Shown in pieces: positions 57,761 to 64,000 of a stretch of 64,000 bases of DNA. The notes beneath the pieces were generated by a model, which was not told where the DNA came from, ran no database searches, and saw only the letters and a program-made list of their open reading frames with translations. This DNA is from Polyangiales bacterium (lineage in GTDB: Bacteria; Myxococcota_A; Polyangia; Polyangiales; Ga0077539), in contig JBGARZ010000024.1 of the NCBI GenBank assembly GCA_044229975.1, positions 64,001-128,000 on the forward strand. The letters are read 5' to 3'. Every line of letters begins with the position of its first letter. The stretch's first letter is position 1. The position numbers and the translations under genes were made by a program.

Positions 57761-59638
57761 TCACTCGGCGTCGGCGAGCACCGGCTGCATCAGCTCGTAG
57801 CCGTGCGCGCGGATGTAGTTGATGTGCATGCCGTCGCAGCGCGACGCGTGGACGCACGGCTTGCAGCGGAGCGACTTCGCCTTGTAGCGGTCGACGATGT
57901 ACCGCTGGATGTAGCGGAAGATCTCGAGCTGCCCGTCGGGGGTCATCATCGACGCGTCGAGGGTCTTCACCGGCTCGCGCGGCGTACGCCCGATCACGCA
58001 CGCCGGAACCCCCTCCACCGGGACATCACCCGCAAAGCGCTCGAAGAACGCCCGCAGGTCGACGTCGTACGCCTGGGCCTCGCTCATGCGCTCGTAGGTC
58101 GGCTGGAAGAGCGCCAGCCGTGACGGCACCGGCCCCGCTGCGGCGAGCGAGAGCAGCCACGGCTCGTTGGCCTTCGTGAGCGCGACGGCCACCTCGAAGT
58201 CACCCGGCATCGCCAGCAGCGCCTCGGCCTGCGCAGCCTTCGACGCGATCGCCCGCGTCACCCGCCACGGGACGTCCGAGCGTCCAGACGTCCAGACGTC
58301 TAGACCACTGAAGTCCGCGAGCTCGAGCTCCACCTCGGTGAGCGTCGGGTGCAGCGCGATCTCGGCGAGCGCGGCCGTCACGTCCGGCGCCACCACCCAG
58401 AGCTTGCGCGCCTGCGCCTCGACGGCGAGCGCCCCGGGCGCCACCGTCGCGATCGCGGTCGACGCCTTGGCGCTCTGCCCCAGCACCGGCAGCCGGAGCT
58501 TGGCCCGCGACGAGTCCACGGTGACGTCCTGGCCCTGCGCCTCGACCACCGCGTCGCCCTCCGGAAGCGCCGTGAGGCCGCCTTCCGCGAGCTGCGCCTC
58601 GATGGCCCGCGCCCGCTTGCTGCTGGCCGGATCGCCACCCCAGATGGGCCCCTGCTTCTTCTCCCAGGCGACGTCGACGCGGAGCCGCGCGAAGTCGCGC
58701 TGGATCACGTTGTCGCGCACGCCGTAGAGGGTGTCGCAGACGTTCTGGAGGTAGCAGAGCTTGCAGCGCGAGGGCTCGCGGCAGTCGAGGTCGACGCCCT
58801 CGGTGAGCAGCCGGTGGAACTCCTCCTTCCGCCCCTTGGCCTCGTCGTTGAGCTTGTACGGGTCCTGGATGAGCGACTCGTAGCCTTCGAGGTGCTGCAC
58901 CGGGAAGCGGTTGAGCCAGATGTGCACGTCGGGCCGCTTGGAGAACGCGAAGGCTTCGAGCAGGTACGGGCGCATCTCCTCGAGGTCGTAGAAGAGGATG
59001 TCCTTCCCTTCCTTGAACGCGTTGCCGAAGGGGATCACGTGCAGCAGGTCGTACTCGCGCACGCCCATCGCGATGAACTTCTCAAGGATGGTCTTGAGGT
59101 GCTTCACGTTGCCACGGTTGATCACCACGTCGATGTTCACGATGGGACGGCCGTCTTCGAGCGCGTACTGGAGCCCCTGCACCTCCTGCTCGAACGCGCC
59201 CTTCGCGCCCACGAGCGCGTCGTGGATGCGCGCGTTGGGGCCGTGGATGGAGAACGTGATCTCGTCGAGACCCGCGTCGAGGCAGCGCTGCAAGAAGGCC
59301 TTGTAGGAGAACGCGCGGCCGTTGGTGACGGTCTGGATCTTCCGGTACTTCGCGGCCTTCCCGAGGCGGATGAAGTCCACGTAGTTGGGGTGCATCGTGG
59401 GCTCGCCGCCGGAGAGGATGAGCCGCTGCGCGCCCTTCTTCGCCCCGTCGAGGATCTGCTGCTTCACCTCGTCGCGGTCACGCATCTGCCCGTCGTGCGT
59501 GAGCGTGTCGAGGCAGAAGACGCAGTGGTTGTTGCAGTCGAAGGTGAGGCGCACCCAGTTGCGCTTCTCGTGCGCGGCGTCTTCGTGTTCGAGCAGCTTC
59601 TCGTCGAGGCCCGCGTCTGGGTTCTGCACCGTCAACAT
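57761..59638 (-). CDS. HxsC-like radical SAM protein with degenerate second domain
   Basis: CNNHCVFC, SGGEPT, VTNG, CKLCYLQNVC; C-terminal VPAC and CKPCVHASRC. Confidence 0.92.
   Translation of the reverse strand: MLTVQNPDAGLDEKLLEHEDAAHEKRNWVRLTFDCNNHCVFCLDTLTHDGQMRDRDEVKQQILDGAKKGAQRLILSGGEPTMHPNYVDFIRLGKAAKYRKIQTVTNGRAFSYKAFLQRCLDAGLDEITFSIHGPNARIHDALVGAKGAFEQEVQGLQYALEDGRPIVNIDVVINRGNVKHLKTILEKFIAMGVREYDLLHVIPFGNAFKEGKDILFYDLEEMRPYLLEAFAFSKRPDVHIWLNRFPVQHLEGYESLIQDPYKLNDEAKGRKEEFHRLLTEGVDLDCREPSRCKLCYLQNVCDTLYGVRDNVIQRDFARLRVDVAWEKKQGPIWGGDPASSKRARAIEAQLAEGGLTALPEGDAVVEAQGQDVTVDSSRAKLRLPVLGQSAKASTAIATVAPGALAVEAQARKLWVVAPDVTAALAEIALHPTLTEVELELADFSGLDVWTSGRSDVPWRVTRAIASKAAQAEALLAMPGDFEVAVALTKANEPWLLSLAAAGPVPSRLALFQPTYERMSEAQAYDVDLRAFFERFAGDVPVEGVPACVIGRTPREPVKTLDASMMTPDGQLEIFRYIQRYIVDRYKAKSLRCKPCVHASRCDGMHINYIRAHGYELMQPVLADAE
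58274..58305. repeat. Intragenic tandem 8-bp array
   Basis: GTCCGAGC-GTCCAGAC-GTCCAGAC-GTCTAGAC. Confidence 0.8.
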
Positions 59639-59721
59639 ACCGTTCCGTAGCTCCTGCGGGCGTTAGAGAGGGGATTGCAACACAAGCCGCGATCAGAGGC
59701 CATGCACGTTCCGGTGCGCGC

Positions 59722-60645
59722 TCAGGCCACGGGCCTGAACTCGTCCTCGCCGTGCACCGCGAGGTAGTCGCGCCGCAATCCGTTGCAGCGTGATCGATGA
59801 CGGCATGGCGCGCAGCCCGGTAAAAAGTACCCACCCTCGATGGGCGAGTCGGCCAGGTCGAAGGCGTGCCCGCCAGGGTTCACCACGCGCATGCCGAAGC
59901 CCGCCGCGTCGAAGAGCGCGCCGTGCAGCGCCTCCGGCAGCACGCACGCCGGCGTGTGCAGCGACACCAGCTCTGCATCGGCGTTGGCCGCGACGGCCGC
60001 CACCAGCGCCGGGACGACGTCGCTCATCCGCGGAACCTCCGCCCGCACCGCAAGGTCATCGCGCGCCTGATCGATCGCCGAGAGCAGCCACACGCGGAAG
60101 TGCCGCGCGCCCCAGCTCAGGCCCAGCGACACCATCGCGGGCAGCTCGGCGGCGTTGCTCGCGGTGATGAGCAGGTCGCCCTCCAGGGTGATGCCCGCCT
60201 CGCGAACGGCCTCAGCGCCGCGCGCCATCAGGTCGAAGCAGCCGTCGGTGCGAGCGATGCGGTCGTGCGTGGCGGCCGAGGCGCCCTTCATCGAGAGCGC
60301 GACCTCGGTGATGCCGGCGTCGGCGCAGCGCCGCGCATAGCCGGGATAGGCGAGCATCATCCCGTTGGTCTGCAGCTTCACCCGCGCGTAGCCGAGGCGA
60401 CGGCCCATCGCGGCGATGCGGAAGATGTCCTTGCGAAGCGTGGGTTCACCGCCGCCCAACCAGAGACAGTCGGCGCCGTCGGCGCGCCCTTGTTGGAGCG
60501 CGCGAACGACCTCCGCATCGGTCATCGCAGGACCATCGTCCTGGACGGCGAAGCAGCCGATACAGCGGTTGTTGCAGCGATAGTCGGGGGTGAGTTCGAC
60601 CCAGTGGAGTCGACGCAGACGGTGGCCTTCAGGCCGCGCGATCAC
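59722..60645 (-). CDS. HxsC-like radical SAM protein, translationally coupled to the precursor
   Basis: [35 protein letters not shown] overlaps the precursor TGA. Confidence 0.92.
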   Translation of the reverse strand: MIARPEGHRLRRLHWVELTPDYRCNNRCIGCFAVQDDGPAMTDAEVVRALQQGRADGADCLWLGGGEPTLRKDIFRIAAMGRRLGYARVKLQTNGMMLAYPGYARRCADAGITEVALSMKGASAATHDRIARTDGCFDLMARGAEAVREAGITLEGDLLITASNAAELPAMVSLGLSWGARHFRVWLLSAIDQARDDLAVRAEVPRMSDVVPALVAAVAANADAELVSLHTPACVLPEALHGALFDAAGFGMRVVNPGGHAFDLADSPIEGGYFLPGCAPCRHRSRCNGLRRDYLAVHGEDEFRPVA

Positions 60646-61418
60646 CAGCTCCCGTGCGAGCCGTGCGACCCGTGCGACCCGTGCGAGCCGTGGCTGCCGT
60701 GCGAGCCGTGCGAGCCGTGCGACCCGTGCGAGCCGTGGCTGCCGTGCGAACCGTGCGAGCCGTGTGAACCGTGCGAACCGTGCGAGCCGTGCGAACCGTG
60801 CGAGCCGTGGCTGCCGTGCGAACCGTGCGAGCCGTGCGAGCCGTGCGACCCGTGGCTGCCGTGCGAACCGTGCGAGCCGTGCGAACCGTGCGAGCCGTGC
60901 GAACCGTGCGAGCCGTGCGAACCGTGCGAGCCGTGGCTGCCGTGCGAACCGTGGCTGCCGTGCGAGCCGTGCGAGCCGTGGCTGCCGTGCGAACCGTGCG
61001 AGCCGTGCGACCCGTGCGAACCGTGCGAGCCGTGCGAGCCGTGCGAGCCGTGTGACCCGTGCGAGCCGTGCGAGCCGTGTGACCCGTGCGAGCCGTGTGA
61101 CCCGTGGCTGCCGTGCGAGCCGTGCGAGCCGTGTGACCCGTGCGAGCCGTGCGAGCCGTGCGAGCCGTGGCTGCCGTGCGAGCCGTGCGACCCGTGCGAG
61201 CCGTGCGACCCGTGCGAACAGTGCTGGGCGCCGCGCTGGTCATCATCCGGCTCGCCCATCGGGAGCTTCGGACGGTTGGCCGCCTCTTCGCCAGCACGAT
61301 CGGCCAGCTCACGCTCCTGGGTGGAGAGTGTGTCCGCAGCCGAGCGCTTGAACGACGGGAGCTCGTCGTCGCTACCGCTGTCGTCTGCGTCGTCCAGATG
61401 GTCGTCGGCGCCTGTCAT
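60642..61418 (-). CDS. His-Xaa-Ser repeat precursor peptide (HxsA-like): 65-aa acidic leader, HCS, (HGS)x63, W
   Basis: Single 258-aa ORF with GAGG RBS between hxsB and an HxsC-like gene; variation among HGS units is synonymous only. Confidence 0.92.
   Translation of the reverse strand: MTGADDHLDDADDSGSDDELPSFKRSAADTLSTQERELADRAGEEAANRPKLPMGEPDDDQRGAQHCSHGSHGSHGSHGSHGSHGSHGSHGSHGSHGSHGSHGSHGSHGSHGSHGSHGSHGSHGSHGSHGSHGSHGSHGSHGSHGSHGSHGSHGSHGSHGSHGSHGSHGSHGSHGSHGSHGSHGSHGSHGSHGSHGSHGSHGSHGSHGSHGSHGSHGSHGSHGSHGSHGSHGSHGSHGSHGSHGSHGSHGSHGSHGSW
60648..61223 (-). repeat. Coding tandem repeat, 64 x 9 bp
   Basis: 576 nt of CAC-GGN-(TCG/AGC/TCA) units; first unit CAC-TGT-TCG. Confidence 0.95.
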
Positions 61419-61508
61419 GATGGCCTCAGCGGTTCGCTAGGGACGGGGGGTACGGCCGGCACAACCCGGACGTACCGTTTCGAGACTAAGTGAAATCCCA
61501 ACAAAACT

Positions 61509-63002
61509 CTACACCGGGTCTTGCACGAAATGGTCCCGGGAACGGTTGATGGTCCAGCGACGGAACACCTGCATGGTCTCAGGGTCCCCCTCGCGGATCT
61601 TCTCGAACAGGTAATCCATGATGCCCTTGTGCACCGCGCTCACGGTGCTCTCGCGCATGCGCCCGGAGATGGACCCCTGGGTCTTGTACGTGTGCACCCC
61701 GTCGACCCCGCAGTACGGGTTGTAGGCGCAGTTCACGCAGTCGGGCCGCCCGTTGAGGTTGGACCCCAGCACCAACGCGCGGATGGTCGGGTGGGCCATC
61801 ATCGTGTCGTAGGTGAGCTCGCCCACCTTCCCGAGCAGGAAGGTGTCGTCGCCGGTCTCGTGCATCATCCGGGCTTCGTCGCCCGCGAAAACAAGCCCGT
61901 CGTAGTTGTACGCGATGGCGCTGATGCCCGCGCCGCTGGGGCTGCGGATGTCGAGGAAGTTGGGGTCTTCGCCGTTGAGGATCTTCGACATGAAGATCGC
62001 CGCGTACCGTTCCAACACCTGCTTGCCCTGCTTGTTGAGCTCGATGATGTAGTCGGTCGTGTCGCGGTAGAACTGCAGGTACTCCTCGCGGGGGTACTCC
62101 ACCCGGTGGGCCGTCTTCTCGACGAACCCGAACGGGTCGATGGGCCGCAGGAACATCGCCTTGCACCCGAGCGCCTCGTAGGTGTCGACGATCTCGCGGC
62201 CGCGGGAGAGCGCCTCGCGCGTCGTCGTGAGCAGCGCCTCGACGTGGTAGAGCGACGGGTCGAGACCGCGCTCGATGTAGGCCTGGTTGATGCGCTTGAT
62301 CCAGTGCACCGCGGCCTTGAAGGCGCTCGACCCGATGAGCTTGCGCTGCTTGTCGTGCAGGTGCTCCGGGCCGTCGATGCTGGTGCAGATCTGCACCTTG
62401 TGGTCGAGCAGGAAGGCCAGCTTCTCCTCGTCCATCAGGGCGAGGTTGGAGACCATCGTGAACTCGATGCTCTTGCCGATCTCCTTGGCGCGCCGCTGAC
62501 CGTACTCGATGGCGTGCTTGACGACCTTGAAGTTCACGAGCGGCTCGCCGCCCTGGAATTCCACGGTGATGAAGGGCGACGAGCTCCCCAGCGCGAGCTC
62601 GACGGACTTCTCCGCGGTCTCGGCGGACATGTCCGTCTCCACGGCCGTCATGTCGGCGCGCGAGGCGTGGCAGTACACGCAGGTCTCGTTGCACCGCAGG
62701 GTCACCACCAGCATGTGCAGGTTGGGCCCGTTATCCAGGAACTTCATCCGCTTCTTGAGCCGCGCCACCGCCGCCGGGACGTCGAACTCCGCGCGGATGA
62801 GATTGGCGGCCTTCAAGCGGTCCCACAGCCCGGTGCCGCGCTCGACGGTTCCCTCACCAAACGCCTTGAATTCAGGCGCCGTGAGGATGACCCAGTCGCC
62901 CTGGGCGTTGGTCACCACGAACGACCCGCTCGCGATCTCCCGCACCCGGAAGAACGCCGGGAACGTCACGCTCGGCTTCTCGATGCCCGCGAGCATGTTC
63001 AC
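61509..63002 (-). CDS. hxsB: His-Xaa-Ser system radical SAM/SPASM maturase HxsB
   Basis: LHMLVVTLRCNETCVYCHASR, EFQGGEPL, SIDGP, DIRSP, DEARM, CVNCAYNPYCG; adjacent to hxsD-like genes and an HxS-repeat ORF. Confidence 0.9.
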   Translation of the reverse strand: MNMLAGIEKPSVTFPAFFRVREIASGSFVVTNAQGDWVILTAPEFKAFGEGTVERGTGLWDRLKAANLIRAEFDVPAAVARLKKRMKFLDNGPNLHMLVVTLRCNETCVYCHASRADMTAVETDMSAETAEKSVELALGSSSPFITVEFQGGEPLVNFKVVKHAIEYGQRRAKEIGKSIEFTMVSNLALMDEEKLAFLLDHKVQICTSIDGPEHLHDKQRKLIGSSAFKAAVHWIKRINQAYIERGLDPSLYHVEALLTTTREALSRGREIVDTYEALGCKAMFLRPIDPFGFVEKTAHRVEYPREEYLQFYRDTTDYIIELNKQGKQVLERYAAIFMSKILNGEDPNFLDIRSPSGAGISAIAYNYDGLVFAGDEARMMHETGDDTFLLGKVGELTYDTMMAHPTIRALVLGSNLNGRPDCVNCAYNPYCGVDGVHTYKTQGSISGRMRESTVSAVHKGIMDYLFEKIREGDPETMQVFRRWTINRSRDHFVQDPV

Positions 63003-63214
63003 GAGATGCCGCCCTTCCGCGTGAGGCCCAGCGCGTAATTCCCAAGCTCCAGCGCCACCTTGCGCTCACGCTCGGGGCGCTTGGCGCTAATGCGCACCAC
63101 CCGGTAATCCCCGTCGTCCACCAGTTCGAAGCGCGCGAAACCCTCGAACACCTTCACCGCGCCGTCGACCGACGCGGAGGAGTACAGGTCGCGATGAAAT
63201 CGCCGCTCGATCAC
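62999..63214 (-). CDS. Small HxsD-like protein
   Basis: 71 aa; FHRDLYSSASV...ELGNYAL echoes the HxsD pattern; GTGA overlaps on both sides. Confidence 0.75.
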   Translation of the reverse strand: MIERRFHRDLYSSASVDGAVKVFEGFARFELVDDGDYRVVRISAKRPERERKVALELGNYALGLTRKGGIS

Positions 63215-63744
63215 GGCTTTGCCTCGGCGCCGCCGCCCTCGACCTTGGCCTCGCTCGCGGCCTCCGTCGGGGTCTTCTTCTTGTACTTCTCCTCCCACGA
63301 CATCGCGATGCCGAGCGGATCGTCGAAGGCCTCTTCCGTGAAGTCGAAGCTCGCCAGCTCGTCGAGCGAAGGCTCTGCCGCGCCCGCCGCCCGCGCCGTC
63401 GCGCCGGCCAGCGCCTGCGTGGTCACCGTCTCCAGCAACACACGGTTTTCTTCGATGATCTTCTGCCGCCACGCCTGCGTGAGCAGCTCGTTGGCGAACT
63501 CACCCGCCAGGCTCCGCAGCGCATCTGCGTCCGTCGCTGCCTTCTTGCTCGTCAGCGTCACCGCGACGGAGCCGGCCTTCGGGCGATCGAGCAGCACGAA
63601 ACAACGGTCGATGAAGATGTACGCCGCACCGTAGACCGCCTCCAGGGGGTAGACCGCCGCGTCCACAGTCAGCGTCACGCTCCCCTCGGCCAGGTCGCCC
63701 ACCGCGAGATCCTTCGGAAACCCGTCCAACGTCTGTGTGCTCAT
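63211..63744 (-). CDS. hxsD: His-Xaa-Ser system protein HxsD with acidic C-terminal extension
   Basis: VDAAVYPLEAVYGAAYIFIDR...GEFANELLTQAWRQKI; first gene of the operon. Confidence 0.85.
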   Translation of the reverse strand: MSTQTLDGFPKDLAVGDLAEGSVTLTVDAAVYPLEAVYGAAYIFIDRCFVLLDRPKAGSVAVTLTSKKAATDADALRSLAGEFANELLTQAWRQKIIEENRVLLETVTTQALAGATARAAGAAEPSLDELASFDFTEEAFDDPLGIAMSWEEKYKKKTPTEAASEAKVEGGGAEAKP

Positions 63745-64000
63745 TTGCCTGTGAAAGCCTCTGGTACGGACCTGCGGGCCCGTCGGGCCCCTGCAATGAT
63801 GGTTCCGAGTTTGCACCCGCGGCGCACCCGCTCGCAAGGAAGCCATTGGGGGACCGATGGCGCTTTCCGACCCTCGGAGCCGTCGGTCACTCCGCAATCT
63901 TAGGCATGCCTCGCAACCGATTGCGGAGTGAGCTCACTCCTTGCGCCATCGGACCCACCACTGGTTGCTCGTCCCGGGCCCGACGTCCCAACGGTCGACC

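Noticed and set aside
60648..61223. Possible CRISPR array or non-coding satellite
   Set aside because: 9-bp period with no unique spacers, no cas genes, and codon-structured variation.
60590..61351. (RAS/RAN)n, (RTA/RTV)n and (VRA/VRT)n repeat ORFs in other frames
   Set aside because: Frame shadows of a stop-free 9-bp repeat.
59866..61440. Plus-strand ORF encoding (CEP/CDP/WLP)n, superficially a metallothionein-like CxxC polymer
   Set aside because: Antisense shadow of the HGS array. Variation is non-synonymous in this frame but synonymous in the HGS frame, and operon direction, RBS and Hxs context all favour the minus strand.

Overview
Very GC-rich bacterial DNA (visually >70%). Gene content (Cys-rich and FG-GAP lipoproteins, Kelch oxidase) suggests a myxobacterium-like organism, which is an inference. 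The window is dominated by what looks like one very large His-Xaa-Ser (Hxs) peptide-maturation locus. At the right end a minus-strand operon runs hxsD, hxsD-like, hxsB, then a precursor with a 65-aa acidic leader, exactly 64 His-Xaa-Ser triplets (1 HCS + 63 HGS) and a terminal Trp, followed by HxsC-like radical SAM genes. I count 17 radical SAM genes with 19 intact CxxxCxxC motifs. Eleven genes share an HxsC-like Cx2Cx5C tail and four are B12-binding. Several are unusual fusions (ferredoxin-carbamoyltransferase-rSAM; rSAM-rSAM-Gfo/Idh/MocA; B12-rSAM-rSAM). Also present are six Fe/2OG oxygenases (one with a halogenase-like H-x-A ligand set), a flavin halogenase, sugar genes (gmhA, wecB, GT2, DegT, GT-C-like), a local tatA and a Tat substrate. 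Overlaid on this are a parA gene and an RHH (ParG-like) gene 33 kb apart, both preceded by tandem 8-bp GTCYRGAC arrays that also occur elsewhere, including inside coding sequence, and a short R-x-x-L-P-hydrophobic motif shared by the precursor leader and many enzymes. No rRNA, tRNA, CRISPR array, transposase or integrase was recognised. All family calls come from motif recognition by eye; no searches were run.
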